From: an uncultured Acidobacteriaceae bacterium
Lineage (GTDB): Bacteria; Acidobacteriota; Terriglobia; Terriglobales; Acidobacteriaceae
DNA: 64,000 bases
Reading direction: 5' to 3'
NCBI GenBank assembly: GCA_963836295.1
Contig: CAWIIY010000004.1
Span: forward strand, 26,962 to 90,961
Positions 18,040 to 27,795 of this stretch are shown piece by piece (the first letter of the stretch is position 1; every line of letters starts with the position of its first letter). A model generated the notes under the pieces. The model searched no databases. It was not told the DNA's origin and saw only the letters and a list, made by a program, of their open reading frames with translations. The position numbers were made by a program, and so were the translations under genes.

Positions 18040-19096
18040 ATGCGTGTTACGACCTTCCAAGAGAAGCTTGCAGCTAGCGGCGCACGCCTTGGCATGTCTC
18101 GCGGCGCGGAAACTCCGGCCGACTTCGGCGATTCCGCGACTGAATTTCAGGCGCTGCTGCAGGGCTGCGCTCTCTTCGACATGAGCTGGCAGGCCAAGCT
18201 GGTATTGGCCGGAGAAGGACCGCGTGCGCTGGCTGAATGGCATGGTCACGAACAATGTCCGCGACCTTGCACTGGGAAACGGTGTGTACAGCTTCATGCT
18301 GAGCGCACAAGGGCGAATCCAGGGAGATCTAGTGGCCTACAACCGCGGCGACTACCTGCTCGTGACCACCGACCGCGAGCAAGCGCCTACCATAGCTGAG
18401 ATCTTTGATCGTTACATCATCATGGATGACGTTGAGGTCGCCGACATCAGTGACAAGCTCGCCGCGATTGGCGTGGTTGGCCCGAAGTCGCGCGAAATTC
18501 TGGCCGCTGCCGGCGTGGAGGTCTCTCAACTCGAACCCGGCCAGGTGATCGACAGCGTGTGGCACGATGTTGGGATTTCCATAGCGCGCAGTGCACAGCC
18601 GCAGATGGATGGATTCGAGATTTGGTTTGCCTCGGAGAACGTGGACACAGTCTGGGACGCCTTGCTCTCGGCTGGCGCGACGCCCTGCGGCAGCAATGCC
18701 CTCGAATTCTATCGCATCGTCAGAGGCGTACCGCGCTTCGGAATTGACCTTCGCGAACGAGATTTGCCGCAGGAAACCGGACAGCAGCACGCATTGAATT
18801 TCGCCAAGGGCTGCTACATCGGGCAGGAGATCGTGGAGCGAATTCGCTCGCGCGGCAACGTGCATCGCATGTTCACCGGCTTCGAAGTACAAGGCGATCT
18901 GCCAACGCCGGGAAGTAAGGTCCGCGCCAACGATAAGGACGTGGGAGAGATAACCAGCGCAGCGCGGATTCCATTTCCGAGCGGCGAGCGGACGCTGGCG
19001 CTCGGCTATCTGAGGCGCGAAGCGGCAACTCCCGGCGCCACGGTGCAGATCGGCGAGCAGACAGCAATAGTACAGACCCTTCCGTTCAGCGAGTGA
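18040..19096 (+). CDS. Folate-binding YgfZ/GcvT-family protein, split by a 1-nt frame change
   Basis: ORF 18040.. reads ...DMSWQAKLVLAG. One missing base near 18210-18212 joins it to EKDRVRWLNGMVTNNV... (ORF 18224..19096). C-terminus has CYIGQEIVERI. Confidence 0.75.
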
Positions 19097-19106
19097 ATAG
19101 ATTTCT

Positions 19107-19748
19107 ATGCCAGACAAAGAGAAGAAGCCTGAGTTTGTAGTAACCGATCGCCGCTTGTTCAGCACCGATGGCGAGTTGCGCCAGGACGTGGTCGAAGATG
19201 AAGAGCGCCGCGCTGAACGGGAACGCGAGAAAACCGAAGCGCAGCGACTGGCCAACGAAGAACGCGCGGCACAACAACACCCTGCGCCATCGAGCGCCAC
19301 GCAAACCAAGTCCATCGTGACCGATGAAGCCACTCCCGATGGCCCCACCGCGGAGGAGCAGCATGATTCTGCGGCGGCTTACCGGGAATCGACCCGCGAG
19401 ATCGACGATCGCATCGAGAGAGAGATGCGCAAACAGGGACAGCCACACCGCGCTCAGGACTTCGAGATTACCTTCGAAAAGTTCGTCGCCTCGCTTTATA
19501 TGAGCGCGCTCATGCAGCTCGGCCTGGCGGCGCCGCAAGGTGGGAAGCCGGAGGTCGACCTGTTAGGCGCACGGCAAACCATCGACACGCTGGCCATCCT
19601 GCAAGAGAAAACCAAAGGCAACCTAACGCCGGCGGAGCAAAGTATGCTCCAGAACTGTCTCTACGAATTGCGCATGGCCTACCTCGAGGTTACTAACCTG
19701 CTCACCCATCCGCCACAGGGTGAACCGGCTGTTGATGGCAAGGTCTGA
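19107..19748 (+). CDS. DUF1844 domain protein
   Basis: FEKFVASLYMSALMQLGL...DLLGARQTIDTLAILQEKTKGNL pattern. Confidence 0.65.
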   Translation: MPDKEKKPEFVVTDRRLFSTDGELRQDVVEDEERRAEREREKTEAQRLANEERAAQQHPAPSSATQTKSIVTDEATPDGPTAEEQHDSAAAYRESTREIDDRIEREMRKQGQPHRAQDFEITFEKFVASLYMSALMQLGLAAPQGGKPEVDLLGARQTIDTLAILQEKTKGNLTPAEQSMLQNCLYELRMAYLEVTNLLTHPPQGEPAVDGKV

Positions 19749-20527
19749 TGAAAGCGGTGCTCACGGTGTTGGGCAGCGGAACCTCGATGGGTGTGCCCAC
19801 CATCGGCTGCGACTGCCGCGTGTGCATGTCGGCAGACCCGCACGACCGGCGTACGCGCCCATCGGTCATGGTGCAGTGGGATGGACACACCGTTCTCATC
19901 GACACCACGCCGGACTTCCGCGAGCAGGCCATCCGTGAAGGCATTCGCAAGATCGACGCCGTTCTTTACACCCACGGCCACGCCGATCACATTCTTGGAC
20001 TCGACGACGTTCGGCCGCTTAGCTTTCCCCGTGTGACTGGCGGCGGAAAGATTCCCCTGTATGCCAGCGATGCCACGACGAAGACACTGGGCAGCGTCTT
20101 TCGCTACATCTTTGAAGCGGATTACAAGTACGGCAGTCTGGCGCAAGTAGAGTTGCGAGCCATCGATGGTCCCGTGCAGCTTTTCGGAGCGATCTTCACT
20201 CCGCTGCAGGTGCTTCACGGCGACGCTCCTATCGAAGCGTACCGCTTCGGCTCCGCCGCGTATCTCACTGACTTCAGCAGTATCCCGGAGCAGTCGCTGG
20301 AACAGTTGCAGGATCTCGAAATCTTATTTCTCGATGCGCTGCGGCACCATCCTCATCCCACGCATTCGACGGTGGAGAACTCCCTGAAGCTGGTAGAACG
20401 GCTGAAACCGAAGCACGCGTACTTCACGCACATCTCGCACGACCTGCCGCATGAGGAGACCAATGCAGCGCTGCCCGAAAACGTGCGCCTGGCGCACGAC
20501 GGCCTGAAACTCGAGTTCGACCTCTAG
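19748..20527 (+). CDS. MBL-fold metallo-hydrolase (PhnP-like)
   Basis: GSGTSMGVP, CxCxxC and YTHGHADH motifs. Confidence 0.8.
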   Translation: MKAVLTVLGSGTSMGVPTIGCDCRVCMSADPHDRRTRPSVMVQWDGHTVLIDTTPDFREQAIREGIRKIDAVLYTHGHADHILGLDDVRPLSFPRVTGGGKIPLYASDATTKTLGSVFRYIFEADYKYGSLAQVELRAIDGPVQLFGAIFTPLQVLHGDAPIEAYRFGSAAYLTDFSSIPEQSLEQLQDLEILFLDALRHHPHPTHSTVENSLKLVERLKPKHAYFTHISHDLPHEETNAALPENVRLAHDGLKLEFDL

Positions 20528-20540
20528 GATCCCTGCTCAC

Positions 20541-21488
20541 ATGCAAGTATTCCGCAGCCTTGAAGAAGTGCCGTCCGAACTCGGTCCCACCGTGGTTAGC
20601 GTGGGAAACTTCGATGGTGTTCACCGCGCCCACCAGGAGGTGGTTCGGTTGATGGCTGAACGCGCCCATTCTCTCAGCGGCAAAGCGGTGGTGGTGACCT
20701 TCGAGCCGCATCCGTTCCGCATTCTGCGTCCTGACCTCGCCCCTAAGCTGCTAACGCCTTTACCCATCAAGCTGAGACTATTGCAACAGACCCGCGTGGA
20801 TACAGTGCTGGTGCTGCCCTTCACCCGTGACCTCTCCTTGATGCCGGCGCACGACTTCGCCAAGAACGTGCTCGTCGACACGCTTCACACTCGCGAGGTG
20901 CATGAGGGCTACAACTTCCACTTCGGTCACAAAGCGCAGGGCAACGTAAACACGCTGGCCGAACTTGGCAAAGAGTTTGGTTTCGAGGCCACCGTCTATC
21001 CCGAGCAGTTGTTGCGTGGTCATCACGTTTCCAGCACGGAGATTCGCAAACTGATAGGCGAAGGAAAAATGGGTAAAGCGCGCGCACTGCTCGGCCGCCC
21101 ATTCAACATTTTCTCGAACCCAGGCCGCGGACGTGGTTATGGGCACAAATACACGGTCCCGACGGTGAACTTGGCACGCTACGACGAATTGGTTCCCGCC
21201 ATGGGGGTGTATATCACGTGGCTGCGCGTCGGCAGCGAATGCTTTGAGGCGGTGACCAACGTGGGAAATCGCCCAACTTTTGGGGCGGACTCCTTCGCCA
21301 TCGAGAGCCACCTGCTGAATTTTCATCCCATCGAGTTGCTGCCGGAAACAGAGTTGGAGCTGATCTTCTTGCACCGTTTACGGACGGAGATCAAGTTTCC
21401 GTCGGTCGAAGCGCTGCGTGAGCAGATCGCCAAGGACGTACACAAAGCGAGACGGTATTTTCGGCTCCTGAAGGCGTTCACTCGATGA
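20541..21488 (+). CDS. ribF: Bifunctional riboflavin kinase / FAD synthetase
   Basis: GNFDGVHRAH, the FEPHP region and a C-terminal riboflavin-kinase region (GRGRGYG...PT.N). Confidence 0.9.
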   Translation: MQVFRSLEEVPSELGPTVVSVGNFDGVHRAHQEVVRLMAERAHSLSGKAVVVTFEPHPFRILRPDLAPKLLTPLPIKLRLLQQTRVDTVLVLPFTRDLSLMPAHDFAKNVLVDTLHTREVHEGYNFHFGHKAQGNVNTLAELGKEFGFEATVYPEQLLRGHHVSSTEIRKLIGEGKMGKARALLGRPFNIFSNPGRGRGYGHKYTVPTVNLARYDELVPAMGVYITWLRVGSECFEAVTNVGNRPTFGADSFAIESHLLNFHPIELLPETELELIFLHRLRTEIKFPSVEALREQIAKDVHKARRYFRLLKAFTR

Positions 21489-21591
21489 TTAAGCTGTGAC
21501 TTTACACGCTGCCTGGCTTTGTTGCCGTCTCCAGGCGGTTTGCGTGGTTGCGGCGAAACCTGATAGCTTTTCCCATTGCTTACGGAACCAA

Positions 21592-22185
21592 ATGAACATA
21601 GCCATTCGCCTTGCACTGTTTTGCTGTCTCGCCGGTGCGCCACTGCTGGCACAACTTCCCACCGATAGCCCGGCTGACGCGCTTCGTCATCCCGGCTGGA
21701 ACAAGGGATTGTTCGTGGGTGGCGGCACCTCGGTCGACAGTTCGCCAAGCGGGCAGTCGTTCCTCGTGGGCTTCCGCCTTGGTCGCGTGCTAACCAACCA
21801 ACACGGCAAGGGTTTTCTCCGCGGGACCTTCGAGATGGCGGGGGACATCATTCCGTTGGACGAATACTGGATCAACGGCGGGCAATACGCTGGGGGAATC
21901 AACCCGTTTATCGCCAAGTGGAACTTCACCAGCCCCTCGAAAGTCGTGCCCTATTTCGCCGCGGTGGGAGGCGTGCTCTTCAGTACCCACGATCTCCCGG
22001 CGCCCGACACCGCGCAAGTTAACTTCACCAGCGGGCCCGAAATCGGGGTGCAGATATTCCCTAAGGATCGACAGTCCTGGAATTTGGCACTCAAGGCCTA
22101 TCACCTCTCCAATGCCTCAATTGGCAATCACAATCCCGGTATCAATGCGTCACTGCAATTCATGATCGGGTACACGTGGTATTAG
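21592..22185 (+). CDS. Acyloxyacyl hydrolase / lipid A 3-O-deacylase (PagL-like) outer-membrane protein
   Basis: Signal peptide MNIAIRLALFCCLAGAPLLAQ; C-terminal YHLSNASIGNHNPGINASLQFMIGYTWY. Confidence 0.6.
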   Translation: MNIAIRLALFCCLAGAPLLAQLPTDSPADALRHPGWNKGLFVGGGTSVDSSPSGQSFLVGFRLGRVLTNQHGKGFLRGTFEMAGDIIPLDEYWINGGQYAGGINPFIAKWNFTSPSKVVPYFAAVGGVLFSTHDLPAPDTAQVNFTSGPEIGVQIFPKDRQSWNLALKAYHLSNASIGNHNPGINASLQFMIGYTWY

Positions 22186-22247
22186 GTCTGCAGGGGAGCG
22201 CCCCGGGTTGATCCTGCCCGTCCGATTTCCGCTGCTACACTGATGCC

Positions 22248-23138
22248 GTGCGCAGGCTTATTGTCAACGCCGACGATTTCGGTTTGACCGAGGGCGTGAA
22301 CCACGCCATTGTCGAGGCGCAAGAGCGTGGGATTGTGACCTCCGCTACGCTCATGGCGAATGCGCAGGCGTTCGAAGAAGCGGCCAGCCTGGCGCGCTCG
22401 CTGGCTGATCGCAAGGCACGCTTCAGCGTTGGCTGCCACGTTGTCCTGCTCGACGGCGAACCGCTGTTGCCGACGGATCGAGTAGCCAGCCTGTTGCAGC
22501 CCGGCCCGCTAAACGGTAACCGCCAGTTTCGCAGCAAGCTCAATGACTTCGTGCTGGCGTCTTTCCGCCACAAGCTCGACCCTGTCGAGATCGAAGCCGA
22601 AGCAAGCGCTCAGATCGAGCGCCTGCAGTCGACAGGAATACGGCCCTCTCATTTCGACACCCATAAGCACGCCCACATGTTTCCTGCGGTGCTGAGGCCG
22701 CTGCTGCGCGCGGCGCGAGACTGTGGCGTTCCAGCCGTCAGGAATCCCTTCGGCCAGGTGTGGCCGTTGCCGATTGCAGACCTGCTGCGAAAGGGCAAGC
22801 TGTGGCGGCGTTTCGCTGAACTGAACGTACTGCGCAACTTTGCAAGCAGGTTCCGCCGTGAGGTCGAGGACCACGGGCTGCGCACAACCGACGGATCGCT
22901 TGCCGTGCTGGTTACCGGATTTCTCGACTTGAAACTCTTCACCACGATCGTGGACAGCATCCCGGAAGGGACTTGGGAGTTTGTCTGCCATCCTGGCTAC
23001 AACGACGCTGACCTCGACAAGGTGCGCACGCGGCTGCGGCAGTCACGGGAGCAGGAACTCAACCTGCTGATCTCGGTGGAAGCAAAAGAGATTCTGCAGA
23101 GCCGCGAGATTAAGTTGATCACCTATCGGGAGCTGTGA
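22248..23138 (+). CDS. ChbG/HpnK (YdjC-like) carbohydrate deacetylase family protein
   Basis: LIVNADDFGLTEGVNHAI, SHFDTHKHAH. Confidence 0.8.
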   Translation: MRRLIVNADDFGLTEGVNHAIVEAQERGIVTSATLMANAQAFEEAASLARSLADRKARFSVGCHVVLLDGEPLLPTDRVASLLQPGPLNGNRQFRSKLNDFVLASFRHKLDPVEIEAEASAQIERLQSTGIRPSHFDTHKHAHMFPAVLRPLLRAARDCGVPAVRNPFGQVWPLPIADLLRKGKLWRRFAELNVLRNFASRFRREVEDHGLRTTDGSLAVLVTGFLDLKLFTTIVDSIPEGTWEFVCHPGYNDADLDKVRTRLRQSREQELNLLISVEAKEILQSREIKLITYREL

Positions 23139-23212
23139 CCGCTTCGACCATCCGCCACGCGCTACAATGGCTGTCCCGCCCAGTCGGCTTAATCGTCGCG
23201 GGCACATTGCCC

Positions 23213-24628
23213 ATGAATCCACTTGTACTGCCAGACACCGAGTACAAAGCAGTCTTCGAGCGTATTACCCAACTTGCGTTGGAGTATCTAGCCTCGATCG
23301 GGGAACGGCCAACTTTTCCGAAACGAACCGGAAGCGAAACAGAAGCTTTATTTGCCAAGCCCTTGCCAGAGCATGGAATGGGCGAGGACGCTCTCGACAA
23401 TCTAAGGCAGCTGATCGAGTCCATACGCGTTACCGGCCCCCGTTTTTTCGGTTACGTGCTCGGTTCCGGAGAGCCCATCGCTGCCGCCGCGGATCTGCTG
23501 GCTAGCGTGCTGAATCAGAATGTGACAGCGTGGCGCTCATCGCCCTCGGCACTGACGATCGAACGCGTCGTGGTGGGCTGGCTGGCAGAAGCGATCGGCT
23601 GCGGTGGGTTCAGCGGAAGTTTAACGGGCGGCGGTTCCTCGGCAAACCTGATGGGACTCGCTATGGCGCGCGAAGCCCGCGCGCCCGCAAACGAGATCGG
23701 TGCGCGTCCGGGAACGATCTATGCCTCCGACCAGGTCCACATGTCGATTCCCAAGGCTATCGCTTTGCTGGGCATCGGTAGAGAGCATCTCCGGCTCATT
23801 CCTTGCGACGACGACTTTCGGATTCGTGTCGATCTTTTGCGCGCGAGCATGGAACGCGATCTCAGTGCCGGATTGACCCCTATCGCGATTGTGGGTTCTG
23901 CCGGAACGGTTGCTACCGGAAGTATCGATCCGCTGCTCGAGTTGGCGGAAATCGCGCATGAGTCTGGCGCTTGGTTTCACGTGGACGGGGCCTACGGCGC
24001 TCTGGCCGCCATTGCCGAACCGGCAAAGTTTGCGGGACTGAACCAAGTCGATTCGTTGTCGCTCGATCCGCACAAATGGCTGTATCAGCCGCTCGACTGT
24101 GGATGCCTGCTCTACCGCGATGCGGCGGCCGCGCGCCGCGCGTTCTCACATACCGGAGACTACGCCAAGTCGCTGCTGGACGATCCCGTGGAGGGCTTCG
24201 TGTTCTTCGAGGAAACAATCGAGCTGTCGCGGCGCTTTCGCGCGCTGAAGATTTGGTTGTCGCTGCGCTATCACGGGTTGGCGAACTTTCGCGAGGCAAT
24301 CCGCGATGACCTAATCCACGCGAAGCTGTTGGCAGGGCTGATTACGAAGCAACCCGAACTCGAACTCCTGGCTCCCGTCCCACTCAGCGCAGTCTGCTTT
24401 CGCCATCGATCGCAGAGTGACGCTGACCGCAACAGTAACGGGTTGAACCAAGAAATATTGCAGGGCGTGATTCGCCGAGGGAAGGTATTCTTGTCCAACG
24501 CGACGATTCATGGCAAATTCGCGTTGCGGGCCTGCATAGTGAATCATCGCACCACGCCGAATGACATCGAACAGGTGGTGAGCGAAGTGCTTGCCGTGGG
24601 CAGGGAATTGTCCGCAGGAGTCGGCTAG
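23213..24628 (+). CDS. Group II PLP-dependent decarboxylase
   Basis: SLDPHKWLYQPLDCGCLLYRD contains the PLP lysine. Alternative GTG start at 23135 overlaps the previous stop. Confidence 0.85.
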   Translation: MNPLVLPDTEYKAVFERITQLALEYLASIGERPTFPKRTGSETEALFAKPLPEHGMGEDALDNLRQLIESIRVTGPRFFGYVLGSGEPIAAAADLLASVLNQNVTAWRSSPSALTIERVVVGWLAEAIGCGGFSGSLTGGGSSANLMGLAMAREARAPANEIGARPGTIYASDQVHMSIPKAIALLGIGREHLRLIPCDDDFRIRVDLLRASMERDLSAGLTPIAIVGSAGTVATGSIDPLLELAEIAHESGAWFHVDGAYGALAAIAEPAKFAGLNQVDSLSLDPHKWLYQPLDCGCLLYRDAAAARRAFSHTGDYAKSLLDDPVEGFVFFEETIELSRRFRALKIWLSLRYHGLANFREAIRDDLIHAKLLAGLITKQPELELLAPVPLSAVCFRHRSQSDADRNSNGLNQEILQGVIRRGKVFLSNATIHGKFALRACIVNHRTTPNDIEQVVSEVLAVGRELSAGVG

Positions 24629-24669
24629 TACAAGCTTCGGTGCGCAATCGGAACGTCAATACATTGATC

Positions 24670-25737
24670 ATGCCAACCGCTTCGCAACGCAAGTCCCACG
24701 CAAACAACGACCAAATCGTAACCACAGCGCCTTGCCGCGCCGATCTTGCCGGCGGCACTCTAGACATCTGGCCGCTATACCTTTTCCATCCCGGCGCGGT
24801 GAGTGTAAACGTTGCTCTCAACATACTGACAAGTTGCAAAATCACTCCGCGAAGGGGACGGGAGATCGCGCTCCGATCGCAGGACACAGGGCGACACGAG
24901 CGCTTTGCCGGGCTGGAAGAGTTGCTCGAGGCGAAAACCTATCGGAACCCACTGGCGGCTTATCTGATTCGCTTCTTCAAGCCGGCTTCCGGGTTCACCC
25001 TGGAGACGCATTCGGAATCTCCGGCCGGTGCGGGCATCTCCGGCTCTTCGGCTCTGATGATCGCCAGCACAGCGGCATTGGCCCGATTCATGGGCCACAC
25101 GATTGATATCGAACAGATTCGCGTGATTGCACAGAATGTCGAAGCCCAACTGATTCGCGTGCCCACCGGCTGCCAGGATTATTATCCGGCGATGTACGGC
25201 GGTGTGAGTGCGGTGCATCTTGAGCCGGACGGAGTCCGCTGGGAGCCGGTGCCGGTTTCGCTCGACGAAATGGATCAGCGCTTCGTTCTTTTCTACACGG
25301 GTGCGCCGAGGCAATCCGGCATCAACAACTGGAAGGTGTTCAAGCAGCATATCGACGGTGACAAGCGCGTGATCCATAACTTCGCGGAAATCTCGAGGAT
25401 TGCCCAATCCATGCACCGCGCACTGGCTGAAAGACAATGGGACGACGTGGAGCGCCTGATACGAGAGGAGTGGAAACTCCGGCGGACAAACGCCCCAGGC
25501 ATCACTACTCCGTTGATCGACAAGCTGATCGCTGTGGCCCGGCGGCAAGGCGCGCGAGCCGCCAAGGTTTGCGGCGCCGGAGGAGGCGGCTGCGTAATCG
25601 TGTTCATCGAAAAAGGTACGCGCCAGCGAGTCGAGGTCGCGATTCGTGGCCACGGCGGCCAACCACTGGGCTTCTCTGTAGCTCGCCAGGGCTTATCGTT
25701 CCACCCAACCCCGAAGCTGGAGACGGTCAAGGTTTAG
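24670..25737 (+). CDS. GHMP-family sugar kinase
   Basis: PAGAGISGSSALMIA motif II; C-terminal GAGGGGC. Confidence 0.75.
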   Translation: MPTASQRKSHANNDQIVTTAPCRADLAGGTLDIWPLYLFHPGAVSVNVALNILTSCKITPRRGREIALRSQDTGRHERFAGLEELLEAKTYRNPLAAYLIRFFKPASGFTLETHSESPAGAGISGSSALMIASTAALARFMGHTIDIEQIRVIAQNVEAQLIRVPTGCQDYYPAMYGGVSAVHLEPDGVRWEPVPVSLDEMDQRFVLFYTGAPRQSGINNWKVFKQHIDGDKRVIHNFAEISRIAQSMHRALAERQWDDVERLIREEWKLRRTNAPGITTPLIDKLIAVARRQGARAAKVCGAGGGGCVIVFIEKGTRQRVEVAIRGHGGQPLGFSVARQGLSFHPTPKLETVKV

Positions 25738-25739
25738 CT

Positions 25740-26645
25740 ATGTTCACCACTAGCACGGGACGCCTTCATCCAGTGTGGGCGTTCGTGGTGTCGGCTATGT
25801 TTTCCGTGCTGGCGTTTCTGGTAGCCGGCTACGCTGCCGGAGCCATGGCCGGCGATCGCGTCCTGCTTTTCGAGCTGATCTTTCGTCCCTTGTTGGCGTT
25901 ACTGCTGATCGCACTATTCGTGTGGATGCTGGCTACCGTCGACCACCTCGAAAATCATCGCATTGCAGCCATGGGGTTGCCGCGCGCGCCAGGATGGCTC
26001 AGGCAGTTCACCACCGGCTGTGTTCTCGGATTCCTGCTGACGGTCCTGGCCATTATTCCGATCGCGATTTGGGGGCAGACCAGCAGCAGATTTCGACTGA
26101 GTCTGCACACCTTGCCCAGGGTCGGAGCCGTCCTGCTCGTTCTTCTCCTCGGAGCACTTGCCGAAGAGTTGATTTTCCGCGGCTATCCCTTTCAACACCT
26201 GGAACAGGGCATCGGAGCAATCGGTGCGATTACGGTCTTTTCGGTGATGTTTGGCGCGGTGCACCTGGCGAATCCCGGCGCGAGCCTGTGGGGACTGATC
26301 AATACCATCCTGATCGGCATACTTCTTTCCATCTCCTATCTGCGGACCCGAGCTTTGTGGCTGCCATGGGGCATACACTTCGGCTGGAATTTCGCGCTCG
26401 GATTCCTCTTTGGCCTGCCGGTGAGCGGCCTTCGGCTTTTCAATGTGATGGTGCGGACTACGGCGAGCGGGCCGCAATGGGTGACAGGCGGAAACTATGG
26501 ACTGGAAGCCAGCGCGACGGCTGTGGTGGTCATCCTTGTCGGAGTCGTGATGGTTTGGAAGTTACCGTTGGCACGACTCGCACAACCGGCGTCGCCGATG
26601 GCGGAGACGGTATCCCGCGACAGGGCTTCGGGCATCGAACCCTAA
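25740..26645 (+). CDS. CPBP-family intramembrane glutamic endopeptidase (CAAX protease/Abi)
   Basis: LAEELIFRG and FGAVH motifs with multiple TM helices. The upstream part of ORF 25437 overlaps the kinase and is Arg-rich off-frame sequence. Confidence 0.8.
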   Translation: MFTTSTGRLHPVWAFVVSAMFSVLAFLVAGYAAGAMAGDRVLLFELIFRPLLALLLIALFVWMLATVDHLENHRIAAMGLPRAPGWLRQFTTGCVLGFLLTVLAIIPIAIWGQTSSRFRLSLHTLPRVGAVLLVLLLGALAEELIFRGYPFQHLEQGIGAIGAITVFSVMFGAVHLANPGASLWGLINTILIGILLSISYLRTRALWLPWGIHFGWNFALGFLFGLPVSGLRLFNVMVRTTASGPQWVTGGNYGLEASATAVVVILVGVVMVWKLPLARLAQPASPMAETVSRDRASGIEP

Positions 26646-26700
26646 GGTATGTTGCGGCCTCCGGGATGAGCATATAATTTGAAACAATCCGGGTGTTTCC

Positions 26701-27746
26701 ATGAGCCGTTCCTGTATCTCGCTGTTCGCTACGGCATTTCTTGCCCTTACGATATCCGCATTTGCCGATGACGCCAAAGCGCCGCCCAAGCTTCCGTCGG
26801 AAAGAATGACACCGCAAACTCGCTTGCTAGTGATCCGCGATCTGACGGCGGAGCGCGTATTTGCGCGACGCCTGTTTCCCATCGGTGAAAAGGGATTGCA
26901 GATCAAGAACGGGGTGGTGACGCCCAGCGACGCGAAGGTCGTGGCCTTGGCTTCGGAAAACGGGGCTGCGGCGCGGCCGGGCGACCGGGTAGTCATTTCC
27001 AACGTGGTTATCAAAGAGAATGCAATTGTCTTAGAAATCAACGGCGGCCCGAAGAAGCATGAGAAGTGGTATCAGCACATCCAAGTGGGCGCGCAAGGAG
27101 GAATGAGCACGGTGGGCGGCGCTCCCAAGAGCCTGGAGGCGAAAGGCTCGGAGGTTACGCTGGCGTTCGACAAATATGTGCCCGAGCTGACCGGCGAACA
27201 AGTTCGCGACATGTTATCGCCGGTGTTTGATTTCAAGGCACTCAATCAGGCCGAGGCATATGAGAAGACCTTGCCGCCCAAGGTGCAGGAGGCAATCAAG
27301 GACCAGCAAGGTGCCTAGTGGGCATGGACCGGGACATGGTGATCTATGCCAAGGGACGTCCGCCCAGGAAGATCCGCGATAAGGACGAGAAGGGCCAGGA
27401 CTACGAAGAATGGATCTACGGCACTCCGCCGGAGGAGGTGGACTTCGTGCGCTTCCAAGGTGCGGTGGTTTCGCGATTGGAAATTATGACCGTGGATGGA
27501 CAGAAGATTGTCCGCACCGAAAAGGAAGTGGACCTGAAAGCAGCGGATACGGAGGTTGCCGAAAAGAAGCCAACAGAAAGGCCGGCGACCGCTCCCAGTT
27601 TGCGCCGTCCAGGGGAGCAACAGGAATATCCACAAGGCAACCAGACGGGCCCGCCTCCGCCGTATCCTGATCCTGGTACAACCGGACCCAATACGGCGCC
27701 CGGAACCGATCCTGGGGCGCCACCACATTGGGTTGGAAGCCTTTGA
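26701..27746 (+). CDS. Secreted hypothetical protein, split by a 1-nt frame change
   Basis: Signal peptide MSRSCISLFATAFLALTISAFA. ...AIKDQQGA-stop at 27316; one extra base in the CC run at 27314-27315 would give GA-L-VGMDRDMVIYAKGRP... (ORF 27318..27746). Pro-rich tail. Confidence 0.5.
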
Positions 27747-27795
27747 GCGGCGGTCGATTTGGCACGCCTAGCCGCGCGCCTTTACACTATTAAAC

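Noticed and set aside
17195-18184. Long antisense or off-frame ORFs: 938..1639(-), 2894..3655(-), 17195..18184(+), 18329..19348(-), 20778..21374(-), 24775..25662(-), 35635..36537(-), 45756..46766(-), 51970..53286(+), 43756..44352(-).
   Set aside because: Each lies opposite or out of frame to a gene with clear family motifs. Their translations are Arg/Gly/Ala/His-rich with no motifs, which is typical of shadow ORFs in G+C-rich DNA.
25437-25739. The 5' extension of the CPBP protease ORF (402 aa version). The same applies to the 10959 start of the OFOR beta gene, the 21496 start of the PagL-like gene, the 29396 start of the DsbA-like gene and the 32374 start of the NuoI-like gene.
   Set aside because: The extensions overlap the preceding gene or translate to low-complexity Arg/Pro-rich sequence. 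Internal ATG or GTG starts give canonical N-termini or signal peptides, often with an SD.
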